Below are positions 28,570-37,786 of a stretch of 64,000 nucleotides of DNA, in pieces. Below the pieces are notes generated by a model. It worked only from the letters and a program-made list of their open reading frames with translations, ran no database searches and was not told the origin of the DNA. The stretch spans positions 1,588 to 65,587 of the forward strand of contig CAYOWC010000003.1 in NCBI GenBank assembly GCA_964407525.1, given 5' to 3'. The translations under genes and the position numbers were made by a program. The stretch comes from an uncultured Desulfobacteraceae bacterium. Its GTDB lineage: Bacteria; Desulfobacterota; DSM-4660; Desulfatiglandales; Desulfatiglandaceae. Numbering within the stretch: the first letter of the stretch is position 1; each line of letters begins with the position of its first letter.

Positions 28570-29094
28570 ATGAACGGAAAAAATGAAGAAAAACATTATC
28601 TTTCTCTCATGGTGGAAAATCGACCGGGGGTATTGTCTCGCATCGTGGGTCTTTTCAGCGGCAGAGGTTTTAATATTGAAAGCCTTTGCGTGGCGGAGAC
28701 CTTAGAAGCGAACATATCAAGGATCACCCTGGTAACCCGTGGAGATATGATGATTATTGAGCAGATAAAAAAACAGCTCAATAAGTTGATCAATGTAATC
28801 AAGGTAACGGACCTTACAAATAGGAAATTTGTCCAGCGGGATATGGCCCTGGTGAAGGTTCGGGCCCGGCCGGAAAATCGTGCTGAAATCCTGCGGATGG
28901 TGGATATTTTCAGGGGCAGGGTTGTGGATGTGGGGAGCGAATTCTTCACCGTGGAGGTTACAGGCGATTTGGGTAAGGTGAAGGCGTTCTTAAAACTTTT
29001 AAAGCCGATGGGCATAAAAGAAATCGCGAGGACCGGCACCATTGCCCTTGCTCGCGAAGATAATAAGGAGAGAAAGCGAAATGGCAGAGATTGA
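28570..29094 (+). CDS. ilvN: Acetolactate synthase small (regulatory) subunit
   Basis: ACT-domain start (HYLSLMVENRPGVLSRIVGLFSGRGFNIESL). Length is 174 aa. Confidence 0.9.
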   Translation: MNGKNEEKHYLSLMVENRPGVLSRIVGLFSGRGFNIESLCVAETLEANISRITLVTRGDMMIIEQIKKQLNKLINVIKVTDLTNRKFVQRDMALVKVRARPENRAEILRMVDIFRGRVVDVGSEFFTVEVTGDLGKVKAFLKLLKPMGIKEIARTGTIALAREDNKERKRNGRD

Positions 29095-30136
29095 TTTTGG
29101 CGGTATTTTGGAAAATGTGGTTACTTCCGAGGAATTCAGCCTGGAAAAGGCAAGAAAAGTCCTTGAAAATGAAACCATAGCGGTTTTGGGCTATGGGGTT
29201 CAGGGGCCGGGGCAGGCTTTGAATCTTAGGGACAATGGGTTTCGTGTTATTGTGGGCCAACGACAGGACAGTCTCTCGTGGGACCTGGCTGTCAAGGATG
29301 GTTTTGTGCCGGGGGAGACCCTTTTTCCCTTGGAAGAAGCTGCCAAAAAGGGGACAATGATTGAGTTTCTGGTTTCGGATGCAGGCCAGGTGGCCGTCTG
29401 GCCCAAGATTAAAAAATATCTTGAGCCTGGAAATGCCCTCTGTTTTTCTCACGGTTTTGCCATTACCTACAAGGACCAGACCCAGGTCATTCCGCCTGAA
29501 GATGTAGACGTCATTCTTGTTGCACCAAAAGGATCAGGCAGAACGGTACGCACCAATTTCCTGCAGGGCAGTGGGATAAATTCCAGCTATGCTATCTTCC
29601 AGGATTATACGGGAAGAGCGGAAGAAAGGACCTTGGCTCTTGGGGTCGGCATCGGTTCGGGGTATCTGTTTCCTACGAATTTCCAGAAGGAAGTCTACAG
29701 CGATCTGACCGGGGAAAGAGGAGTCCTCATGGGTTGTCTTGCAGGAACCATGGAAGCCCAGTATAATCTCTTACGTAAACATGGACATAGTCCCAGTGAG
29801 GCCTTCAATGAAACGGTGGAGGAGCTTACCCAGAGTCTCATTCGCCTGGTAGCGGAAAACGGCATGGACTGGATGTTTGGAAATTGCAGCACCACGGCGC
29901 AGAGGGGAGCCCTCGATTGGTCGCCAAGGTTCAGGGATGCGGTTGCTCCGGTATTTGATGATCTCTATGAGAGTGTCAAATCGGGGAAGGAGACGGAGAT
30001 CGTTCTGGATGCAAACAGCCGACCGGACTATCGTAAGAAGCTTGAAGAGGAACTCAAGGTTATCAGAGAATCCGAAATGTGGAAAGCGGGTTCGGCCGTG
30101 CGCGGTTTGCGCCCGGAGAACAGGAAGAAAGTGTAG
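29081..30136 (+). CDS. ilvC: Ketol-acid reductoisomerase
   Basis: The ATG at 29081 (MAEIDFGG...) lies within the ilvN 3' end, a 14 nt overlap. GYGVQGPGQALNLRDNG Rossmann motif. Confidence 0.9.
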   Translation: MAEIDFGGILENVVTSEEFSLEKARKVLENETIAVLGYGVQGPGQALNLRDNGFRVIVGQRQDSLSWDLAVKDGFVPGETLFPLEEAAKKGTMIEFLVSDAGQVAVWPKIKKYLEPGNALCFSHGFAITYKDQTQVIPPEDVDVILVAPKGSGRTVRTNFLQGSGINSSYAIFQDYTGRAEERTLALGVGIGSGYLFPTNFQKEVYSDLTGERGVLMGCLAGTMEAQYNLLRKHGHSPSEAFNETVEELTQSLIRLVAENGMDWMFGNCSTTAQRGALDWSPRFRDAVAPVFDDLYESVKSGKETEIVLDANSRPDYRKKLEEELKVIRESEMWKAGSAVRGLRPENRKKV

Positions 30137-30161
30137 AGCCTGATGATTTACGGGATATTGC

Positions 30162-30971
30162 ATGGATAATCTGAAAGTCGGTGTGGTCTGCATGGGGGCC
30201 ATTCCCGGTGAGATTGAGAGAAATCTCGACAAGATAGAGGCCCTGGCATCGGATGCTATGGAGAATAGGGCCGATATCGTCTGTTTCCCGGAATTTTCCG
30301 TAACGGGGTATGCTCTGGATAGTCCGGACCTGATCTGCAGTAGGGAGGATCCTGAAAAAATTGCGGATCGTCTGTGCCGGATTTCTGCTGATTTGGGTTT
30401 GATTCTCCTGGCGGGTCTCATTGAGTATTCAGCAAGTTGCAGGCCACACATCGCGCAGATTATCACCGGGCCTGAGGGGGTCATTGGTCGTCACTACAAG
30501 ACTCACCTCGGGCCCACGGAAAGAAATTTTTATGAAGAAGGGCATGAAATCTCTCCATTTACCTATGGGGATCTCTGTTTCGGTGTAGAACTCTGCTATG
30601 AGGCGCACTTTCCTGAAATCAGCAGCACCCTGGCCCTGAAAGGGGCCGATATCCTTTTCATTCCCCATGCATCTCCGAGGGGAAGTCCGGAAGAGAAATT
30701 GAACAGCTGGAAAAGGCATCTTCCTGCTCGGGCTTTCGATAACGGTCTCTTTGTCGTGGCCTGCAACCAGGTTGGGGAAACTCCCCAGGGACTCCATTTT
30801 CCTGGCGTAGCGATGGTATTTGGACCGGATGGTTGTTTATTAGACTGGTATGCGGGGGACGAAGAACGGGTGCTTATCGTGGAATTGAAGGGGGAAGACT
30901 TGGAGAAGGTGAGAGAACACAGAATGAGATATTTTCTTCCCGAAAGAAGGGAAGAACTTTACGGGCCTTGA
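30162..30971 (+). CDS. Carbon-nitrogen hydrolase (nitrilase-superfamily) protein
   Basis: Elements of the Glu-Lys-Cys triad are present (VCFPEFSVTGY; the catalytic-Cys context GVELCYEAHFPE). Length is 269 aa. Confidence 0.75.
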   Translation: MDNLKVGVVCMGAIPGEIERNLDKIEALASDAMENRADIVCFPEFSVTGYALDSPDLICSREDPEKIADRLCRISADLGLILLAGLIEYSASCRPHIAQIITGPEGVIGRHYKTHLGPTERNFYEEGHEISPFTYGDLCFGVELCYEAHFPEISSTLALKGADILFIPHASPRGSPEEKLNSWKRHLPARAFDNGLFVVACNQVGETPQGLHFPGVAMVFGPDGCLLDWYAGDEERVLIVELKGEDLEKVREHRMRYFLPERREELYGP

Positions 30972-30981
30972 TAAATTGCAC

Positions 30982-31020
30982 AAAAAAAGCGTAGAAGATG
31001 CTTTATCTTCTACGCTTTTT
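30982..31020. terminator. Bidirectional intrinsic terminator between the convergent nitrilase-family gene and dsrC
   Basis: A7, then gcgtagaagat (30989-30999), loop gcttt, then atcttctacgc (31005-31015), then T5. The flanking A and T tracts allow termination in both directions. Confidence 0.7.
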
Positions 31021-31063
31021 GGTGTGGCTATAAACTTCATTTCCGTGTTGAACAGAATTGAAA

Positions 31064-31387
31064 TTATACGCACCCTGTAGGTTTCGGCAATCCGGCCATC
31101 TTACAGGCGCCTTTACCCGGTCCTGAGGGAAACAGCTCATAGATATATTTCAGCTTGTAACCTGTCACTTTGGACAGAATCCTGACCATGGGCGCTATTC
31201 CGTTTTTCTTGTAGTAGGCCTGCAGAACCTCTACAACCTTCTTGTGTTCGTCCGTCAATTCATCAATACCTTCCGTTGACTTAACATAGATCATCCAGTC
31301 TTCTGACCAATTGTTGAAGTCGTCGATAAAACCATCTTCATCAACATTGAAGGACTTCCCTTCATATTCGATTGTCGGCATACCCAA
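31064..31387 (-). CDS. dsrC: DsrC (TusE/DsrC family) sulfur-carrier substrate of DsrAB
   Basis: A 107 aa protein ending ...GKGACKMAGLPKPTGCV. Both conserved C-terminal-arm cysteines are present, one penultimate and one 11 residues upstream of it. Confidence 0.9.
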   Translation of the reverse strand: MGMPTIEYEGKSFNVDEDGFIDDFNNWSEDWMIYVKSTEGIDELTDEHKKVVEVLQAYYKKNGIAPMVRILSKVTGYKLKYIYELFPSGPGKGACKMAGLPKPTGCV

Positions 31388-31467
31388 AAACCTCCCTTTT
31401 TGTTAAAATAAAATATTTTGCCCCATCTCTATTATCTATATACGAGACTAAAAACCATAAGTAGCAA

Positions 31468-31496
31468 ACTATAATTCAGGAATTGTTTCTTGTCAA
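31468..31496 (-). promoter_or_regulatory. Sigma-70 promoter for dsrC
   Basis: The minus strand reads TTGACA (31496-31491), a 17 nt spacer, then TATAGT (31473-31468). It lies in the 160 nt dsrN-dsrC spacer. Confidence 0.5.
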
Positions 31497-31546
31497 ATAT
31501 TCTTTTCCAACTTTTCAAAAAAAGTTTCGGCACCCTTCATTTGTCA

Positions 31547-32938
31547 TTATTTCTGGTAGAAATCCTTATGTTTGACGGCCATCCGGATCATGCTTTTTGC
31601 CCAGTCAGGATTGCCGGCTGCGTGTATATGAGTGTAGGTGGCCAGTACATTATTTTTGATAATTCCATCAACGGTTTTGTCAATACCATGCCCTCTCACT
31701 ACTTTGAATGCAAAATCTATTGATGTTGTAGTCATTATCGGTTCCGAATAGTGAAATTCATGCCCTTTCAAAATGGTATTCACAGGGTAATAGGGATTTG
31801 GATTATTAACCTCAAGGACTGTGTAGCCGTGTCCTTTGGGTTTTTTATGCAGTACGAACTCTACCGGGAGGGCTCCTGTCATTGGATAACTTCTATCCTT
31901 TAAAAGGAGCCTTTCTCCGAGGTACATGAATCCACCGCATTCGGCATATACGGGAAGTCCCTGCTCAATATTTTCCTTTAGTGAGTTTCTAAACTCTCTG
32001 TTGTCGGAAAGGGCTTTTGCCTGGGTTTCGGGGAATCCGCCACCTATATATAGTGCATCGATTGCAGGCAGTCTCTTATCTGCGATGGCATCAATGGGTA
32101 CGAGTTCGGCGCCAAGGATCTCTAATTGCTCAAGGTTTTCCGGATAATAAAACCAGAAAGCACTGTCTCTTATGAAGCCTATGCGGGGGTGAACTCTGGT
32201 TTTCTTGAAGACTGAACGGTTTTCCTTTACCTCCGGTACTTTCGGGGCAGGTCCGGCTGCGTTTGCGATTTCGATTATCCGGCTCAGGTCAAGATGTTCT
32301 TTCACCACTTTTCCAGCCCATGAAATGGCTTTTTCAGCGTGTGCTCTTTCCTGATGGGGTACCAGCCCCATGTGTCTTTCGGGAAAAGGGTTATTCCGTA
32401 ATTTTGGGATGGACCCGACAACCGGGAGGCCGCAATATTTTTGAATAGCTCCTCTGATCAGGTTCTCCTGGCGTGGACCCGCCACCCTGTTCAGGATAAC
32501 TCCAGCGATATTCAATTCGGGGTCGAATGCCTGGCATCCCATTACCACGGCAGCGATTGTACGTGTTGTCATGGATACGTCCAGGATGAGTAATACCGGG
32601 GTTCCAAGAAGCCTCGCCAACTCTGCTGTACTGCAGCATCCATCGATATCGAGGCCGTCAAAAAGGCCCCTGTTTCCTTCAATGAGGGAAATTTCCGACC
32701 CGGCGGATCGCGAAACAAACGACTGGAGGATCTGTTCCTGTGTCATCAGGAAGGGGTCCAGGTTGTAGCATTTGCTCCCGGCGGCAAAATCAAGCCACCC
32801 TGCGTCAATGAAATCGGGACCTTTTTTAAATGGAGCTACCCGACGACCATCATTTTTCCATACTGAGGCAAGCCCCAGTGATACGATTGTTTTTCCTGCC
32901 CCACCCTTAAGGGCCGATATGGTAATGCGCGGCTGCAT
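31547..32938 (-). CDS. dsrN: Cobyrinic acid a,c-diamide synthase-family amidotransferase; by context the siroheme amidase DsrN
   Basis: The CbiA-type N-terminus is ISALKGGAGKTIVSLGL. The C-terminal GATase carries the ECGGFMYLG nucleophile motif. The gene is divergent from dsrA. Confidence 0.75.
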   Translation of the reverse strand: MQPRITISALKGGAGKTIVSLGLASVWKNDGRRVAPFKKGPDFIDAGWLDFAAGSKCYNLDPFLMTQEQILQSFVSRSAGSEISLIEGNRGLFDGLDIDGCCSTAELARLLGTPVLLILDVSMTTRTIAAVVMGCQAFDPELNIAGVILNRVAGPRQENLIRGAIQKYCGLPVVGSIPKLRNNPFPERHMGLVPHQERAHAEKAISWAGKVVKEHLDLSRIIEIANAAGPAPKVPEVKENRSVFKKTRVHPRIGFIRDSAFWFYYPENLEQLEILGAELVPIDAIADKRLPAIDALYIGGGFPETQAKALSDNREFRNSLKENIEQGLPVYAECGGFMYLGERLLLKDRSYPMTGALPVEFVLHKKPKGHGYTVLEVNNPNPYYPVNTILKGHEFHYSEPIMTTTSIDFAFKVVRGHGIDKTVDGIIKNNVLATYTHIHAAGNPDWAKSMIRMAVKHKDFYQK

Positions 32939-32993
32939 AAAATTTATTTCCCATTTTCCTGTGTATTGCCAAGTTGAAGATTAGGACCATGGA

Positions 32994-33072
32994 CTCACAG
33001 GTTTGTCAATAAAAAAGTAGTTGTGTCCTCCGGTTTTTTTTATTGACATCCTGTGAGCCTTTTGATTATAAA
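32994..33072. promoter_or_regulatory. Imperfect inverted repeat carrying two opposed TTGACA boxes, plus the putative dsrA sigma-70 promoter
   Basis: The arms are 32994-33016 (ctcacaggtttgtcaataaaaaa) and 33035-33057 (ttttttattgacatcctgtgag). On the plus strand, TTGACA at 33043-33048 is followed after 18 nt by TATAAA at 33067-33072. On the minus strand, a TTGACA at 33009-33004 faces dsrN. Confidence 0.4.
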
Positions 33073-33302
33073 CCGAAGCTTAACTATCTGAAAAAGTAGC
33101 TAATTAAAATTTTCACAAGTGGTTGTTGAAACAGACTGCTTATGATTTCAGTAAATTGGCTAAGAAGTTGAAGCAAAACAACTTTTATGATTTTAAGATA
33201 GGTAGAATCATTTTGAAGAGGAGGTGACGGTAAAGGAGATTTTTTTTGAAGTATCCCTTTTGAAATGCAATTTTTTCATAACAGCTGAAGGAGGCACGTC
33301 TA

Positions 33303-34721
33303 ATGGCTTTTGAACCAAACGAAGAACAAAAAATATTGAAATATGATGAGCTTCGAATCTATTCCGATGAAGAATTGAATAATTATACGGAAGAAGATCT
33401 CAAAGCATTCAAGTGTAAGCACGACACCCCGGACCTGGACGAGTTAGAAAAGGGTCCGTGGCCGAGTTTCGTGGCGGATGCAAAAAGAGAGGCTCTTCAT
33501 CGAAAAAATCTCGGTCAAGATCGCATGATGATCGACGGTGAAGTGGTCGAAGATATGTTGGGACAGCTCCAGGTTTCTTTTGACGAAGGGGAGACCCACT
33601 GGAAACATGGCGGCATCGTTGGTGTTTTCGGATATGGCGGCGGCGTCATCGGTCGGTATTCAGACCTTCCGGACAAATTCCCTTCCATCGCCCATTTTCA
33701 TACCATGCGTATCAACCAGCCGGCCAGCAAGTTTTACACCAGCGATTACCTGCGATGCATTTGCGACCTCTGGGAGTACAGGGGCAGCGGTATGATGAAC
33801 CTGCACGGTTCTACCGGCGATATGGTCTGCATTGGAACCACTACCGAGCAGTTGGAGCCCATCTTTTATGAATTGGGGCACGTGCTTCAGCAGGATCTGG
33901 GTGGATCCGGATCCAACCTCCGTACGCCATCCTGCTGTATCGGAAAAGCCCGTTGCGAATGGTCCTGTATTGATACCCAGGCCATGTGTTACGAATTGAC
34001 CCATTTCTATCAGGACGAACTGCATCGGCCTGCATTCCCTTATAAATTCAAGTTTAAATTTGATGGATGTCCCAACGGCTGTGTGGCTTCCATTGCACGG
34101 TCCGATATGTCTTTCATCGGCACATGGAGAGACAATATCCGCATCGATCAGGAAGCAGTACAGGCCTACGTTGGCGGCGAAGTTGCTCCCAACGCCGGCG
34201 CTCATGCCGGAAAAGACTGGGGCCCATTTGATCTTGACAAAGAAGTTATCAATCTCTGTCCGACCAACTGTATGTGGATGGAAGACGGAAAACTGATGAT
34301 CGATGACAAGGAATGCACCCGTTGCATGCACTGCATCAACGTTATGCCGAGGGCTTTGAGGCCGGGAACGGAAACGGGCGTAAGTATCCTCTTTGGCGCG
34401 AAAGCACCTATCCTTGACGGCGCCCAGATGTCCGTGTTGACCATTCCTTTCATGGAATGTGAGGCTCCCTATGACAATATCAAGGCAGTTGTCGAAAAGA
34501 TCTGGGATTGGTGGCCGGAAGAAGGGAAAAACCGTGAGCGTCTGGGAGAGCTTATCCAACGACAGGGTATTGCCAAATTGCTGCAGGTCCTGGAGATTCC
34601 GCCCATGCCGCAGATGGTGAAGGAGCCGAGGAGTAACCCCTACATCTTCTGGAAAGAGGAAGATGTACCCGGTGGATGGGACCGAGATATCAACGAATAC
34701 CGATCCAGACATGCAAGATAG
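33303..34721 (+). CDS. dsrA: Dissimilatory sulfite reductase alpha subunit
   Basis: LDELEKGPWPSFVADAKREA..., siroheme/Fe-S Cys motifs and a ferredoxin insert (CTRCMHC) are present. GGAGG lies 8 nt upstream of the ATG. At 472 aa it carries an extra acidic N-terminal segment of about 35-40 aa. Confidence 0.9.
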   Translation: MAFEPNEEQKILKYDELRIYSDEELNNYTEEDLKAFKCKHDTPDLDELEKGPWPSFVADAKREALHRKNLGQDRMMIDGEVVEDMLGQLQVSFDEGETHWKHGGIVGVFGYGGGVIGRYSDLPDKFPSIAHFHTMRINQPASKFYTSDYLRCICDLWEYRGSGMMNLHGSTGDMVCIGTTTEQLEPIFYELGHVLQQDLGGSGSNLRTPSCCIGKARCEWSCIDTQAMCYELTHFYQDELHRPAFPYKFKFKFDGCPNGCVASIARSDMSFIGTWRDNIRIDQEAVQAYVGGEVAPNAGAHAGKDWGPFDLDKEVINLCPTNCMWMEDGKLMIDDKECTRCMHCINVMPRALRPGTETGVSILFGAKAPILDGAQMSVLTIPFMECEAPYDNIKAVVEKIWDWWPEEGKNRERLGELIQRQGIAKLLQVLEIPPMPQMVKEPRSNPYIFWKEEDVPGGWDRDINEYRSRHAR

Positions 34722-34733
34722 GAGGCAATCATA

Positions 34734-35921
34734 ATGGCATTATCTACTGAAAGATTAGGACTCTATAATCCTAAAAAACCGATGGAAAACAGACTTACGG
34801 ACCTCGGTCCCAGGCATTTCTGGCAGTATTTCCCTTCCGTTATTCAGAATAACTACGGAAAATGGCTGTATCATGATATCCTCGAGCCCGGTGTACTCGT
34901 CCATGTGGCCGAAAGCGGCGACAAGGTCTTCACCGTAAGATGCGGCGGTTGTCGATTCATGACCGTTGAAAATATCCGCGAAATCTGTGAAATCGCGGAC
35001 AAGCATTGTGACGGGTTTGTACGTTTCACCACCCGAAACAATATTGAATTTATGACGGACGACCAGGGCAAGATGGAGGCGCTCAAGAAAGACCTCGATA
35101 GCCGCAAGCACGTAACCGGGAGTTATAAATTTCCCATCGGTGGAACCGGAGCCGGTGTTACCAATATTATCCATACCCAGGGCTATATCCATTGCCATAC
35201 GCCGGCTACGGATGCCTCCAGTATGGTAAAAGCGGTTATGGATGATCTTTTTGATCATTTCCAGGGCATGACTCTTCCGGCCCAGGTCAGGGTATCCATG
35301 GCCTGTTGTCTCAACATGTGCGGCGCGGTGCACTGTTCCGATATCGCTCTTTTAGGTTATCACCGGAAACCACCCATCGTGGACCATGAAGTGCTTGATA
35401 AGGTCTGTGAGATTCCTCTGGTAATCGCTGCCTGCCCGACGGCTGCTATTTCCCCTACCAAGACTGAGAGTGGCACCAAATCGGTGAAGATTAAGAACGA
35501 ACGTTGCATGTTCTGTGGAAATTGCTACACCATGTGCATGGCGCTGCCCCTGTCCGATTATGAGGGCGACTGTGTGACGGTCATGGCTGGTGGAAAGGTC
35601 TCCAACAGGATCAGCCCACCTAAATTTTCCAAGGTGGTCATTCCGGCCCTGCCGAATAATTTCCCAAGATTTCCCGAGGTCTGTGAGTCTGTAAAGACGA
35701 TCATTGATGCATACGCCGCAGATGCCAATAAATATGAGCGGGTCGGCGACTGGGCCGAAAGGATCGGATGGGAAAAGTTTTTTGAAAAATGCGATCTTCC
35801 CTTTAGCGATCACCTTATTGATGATTACCGTCTGCAGTATGATACCTACAGAACCAGCACACAATTTAAGTATACGGATGCGTCCTGGGCGGTATCAAAA
35901 GCAATAGGCGGCATTAAATAG
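34734..35921 (+). CDS. dsrB: Dissimilatory sulfite reductase beta subunit
   Basis: A 395 aa protein with the motifs [23 protein letters not shown] and [11 protein letters not shown]. It lies immediately after dsrA. Confidence 0.9.
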   Translation: MALSTERLGLYNPKKPMENRLTDLGPRHFWQYFPSVIQNNYGKWLYHDILEPGVLVHVAESGDKVFTVRCGGCRFMTVENIREICEIADKHCDGFVRFTTRNNIEFMTDDQGKMEALKKDLDSRKHVTGSYKFPIGGTGAGVTNIIHTQGYIHCHTPATDASSMVKAVMDDLFDHFQGMTLPAQVRVSMACCLNMCGAVHCSDIALLGYHRKPPIVDHEVLDKVCEIPLVIAACPTAAISPTKTESGTKSVKIKNERCMFCGNCYTMCMALPLSDYEGDCVTVMAGGKVSNRISPPKFSKVVIPALPNNFPRFPEVCESVKTIIDAYAADANKYERVGDWAERIGWEKFFEKCDLPFSDHLIDDYRLQYDTYRTSTQFKYTDASWAVSKAIGGIK

Positions 35922-36016
35922 GAAACGACGAATGGTTTTTGGGCCGGGAAGGCTGTTTCCAATTTGCTGGAAAAGGTCCTTCCTGGACCAAAACCTATAG
36001 ATTAAGGAGCAAAACC

Positions 36017-36247
36017 GTGGAAGATTTCAAAGAAACAATTCTTGCATTTGCGGAGAAAAGTAAAAAGTCAAAATTCTATTTCAACGATATTCAGAAAGCC
36101 GTTCAGAAAGTCTATCCTGAAGCCAAAGCCAGGATGATCAAGAAGGCCGCTACCGCGTTGATTAACGAAGAAAAACTGATCTATTTTTCTACCGGCAGCA
36201 GTACGATGTACGGACTTAAAGGAAGAGGCCAGACTGAGGATCATTAG
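36017..36247 (+). CDS. dsrD: DsrD (small winged-helix protein of reductive dsr operons)
   Basis: A GTG at 36017 is preceded by AAGGAG at a 7 nt spacing. The product is 76 aa: VEDFKETILAFAEKSKKSKFYFNDIQKAV...LIYFSTGSSTMYGLKGRG. The track's TTG start at 35939 adds an implausible 26 aa. Confidence 0.8.
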   Translation: MEDFKETILAFAEKSKKSKFYFNDIQKAVQKVYPEAKARMIKKAATALINEEKLIYFSTGSSTMYGLKGRGQTEDH

Positions 36248-36372
36248 ACATTTTCAGGAGATATTGATGGCCCCGTAAAATGTCCCCAAAGCTGTCAGCC
36301 TTGTGTGTTTGTTGAGGTTGGCCGTGATGGGGGGCAGAAATGTTTATTCTGGTTTCGCGGATTTGCGGAAAT

Positions 36373-36400
36373 GCCGGAAATGAATGGTTTCCGGCTTTTT
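36373..36400 (+). terminator. Intrinsic terminator after dsrD
   Basis: gccggaaa, loop tgaatgg, tttccggc, followed by T5. Confidence 0.65.
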
Positions 36401-36501
36401 GCGGGTTTGTCAATATCGAATGGAAAACCTGAATAGATGGCATGGAGGTCGCTGTCCGCGAAGGATTGTGGCCTCTTTGCATTCTGAAAAAGAGGACTAT
36501 T

Positions 36502-37122
36502 ATGAAGACCCCTAAAGGTTCGGAGGAGTTTATTTTCGAACAGAAAAGAATTCGGGATGAAGAAAACGAATGCGCCAATACCAAATATAACCTTGGTGTC
36601 TCTCTTATGGAGAGTGGAAAATTTGATGAGGCGATTGAGGCCTTTAAAGACGCCACCGAGAACAGTGCTAGAATGTTTGAAGCGTATGTCAATCTCGGCT
36701 ATATCTATTTCAAAATGGGCGATCTTGAGATGGTTGTGGATGCCAATAACAAAGCCGTACAGATAGAGCCCAGGTATGCGAGGGGGTATGCAAATCTTGG
36801 GTTTGCCTATCTTCAGATGATGAAAACCGAAGAGGCGATTGAAGCCTTGGAAAAAGCGATTGAACTGAATCCCGATATTGCACAGGCCTGGAGCAATCTG
36901 ACAAATGCCTATCTCCAGAATGATAACGTGGGAAAAGCCATAGAGACCGGGGTGAAAATGGTAGAGGTGGCGCCGGAATTTGCGTTGGGGCATAATAACC
37001 TTGCCTCCGCCTATTATAACAACGAGGAATATCAGAAGGCCATAGAGCATCTGGATAAGGCCATTTCTCTCGGATTCGAGCCCCACCCTGAATTCTCAAA
37101 TGTATTGGAGCCTTACCGTTAA
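36502..37122 (+). CDS. Tetratricopeptide-repeat (TPR) protein
   Basis: It has repeated 34-residue TPR units (..A..Y.NLG..Y...G....A......A....P). AAGAGGA lies upstream of the ATG at 36502. Confidence 0.75.
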   Translation: MKTPKGSEEFIFEQKRIRDEENECANTKYNLGVSLMESGKFDEAIEAFKDATENSARMFEAYVNLGYIYFKMGDLEMVVDANNKAVQIEPRYARGYANLGFAYLQMMKTEEAIEALEKAIELNPDIAQAWSNLTNAYLQNDNVGKAIETGVKMVEVAPEFALGHNNLASAYYNNEEYQKAIEHLDKAISLGFEPHPEFSNVLEPYR

Positions 37123-37123
37123 A

Positions 37124-37786
37124 ATGGACTACAGCTATCTTTTTGAGCCATACGATGAACTTGTTGTGAAGGCAGATGATGCTTTTGACAGGATGACCGG
37201 TGAATTTCCCGCACCCATGAAATGTAAACGTCAGTGCTCCGACTGTTGCCATGCCGTTTTTGGCCTTTTTCTGATAGAAGCAGTTTTCCTGAAGCGCGAT
37301 TTTGATAAACTTGGAGAAGAGGAAAAGGAAGGTGCCTTTCTGAGAGGGATTGAGGCGGATAAGGAGCTTGAGAAACTTGAAAGGACTCTCAAAGAGTTTG
37401 AAAATGATCCGCAGATGAGTTCCTATTCTCTGGCGAGAGCGAGAGTCAGGTGTCCGCTTCTTAACGAAAATGATGACTGCATCTTATATCCTTACCGCCC
37501 GATTACGTGCAGGGTGTACGGGATCCCCACCATGATCCATGGTGTCCCGCGCGTTTGCGGAAAGTCCGGTTTTGAGAAAGAGCAGCCTTATCCTATTTTT
37601 AACCTGGATGCCATGCATGGAGGGCTATATAAGTTGTCCAAAGAACTGGTGAAAGGCTCAGGGGTAGAGGATGGTCTGCAGGCGTCTCTCCTTTTTTCCA
37701 TTTCAAAGATTATCAGGACCCCTGTGGAGGAGCTTATAGCGAAACCTCCTGTAATGTCTGATGAAGCAGAGTCAGGTGGGTCTTGA
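37124..37786 (+). CDS. YkgJ-family Cys-cluster protein (CxxCxxCC putative Zn/Fe-chelating domain)
   Basis: The motifs CKRQCSDCCH and RCPLLNENDDCILYPYRPITCRVYG are present. The ATG at 37124 lies directly after the TPR stop. Confidence 0.7.
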   Translation: MDYSYLFEPYDELVVKADDAFDRMTGEFPAPMKCKRQCSDCCHAVFGLFLIEAVFLKRDFDKLGEEEKEGAFLRGIEADKELEKLERTLKEFENDPQMSSYSLARARVRCPLLNENDDCILYPYRPITCRVYGIPTMIHGVPRVCGKSGFEKEQPYPIFNLDAMHGGLYKLSKELVKGSGVEDGLQASLLFSISKIIRTPVEELIAKPPVMSDEAESGGS

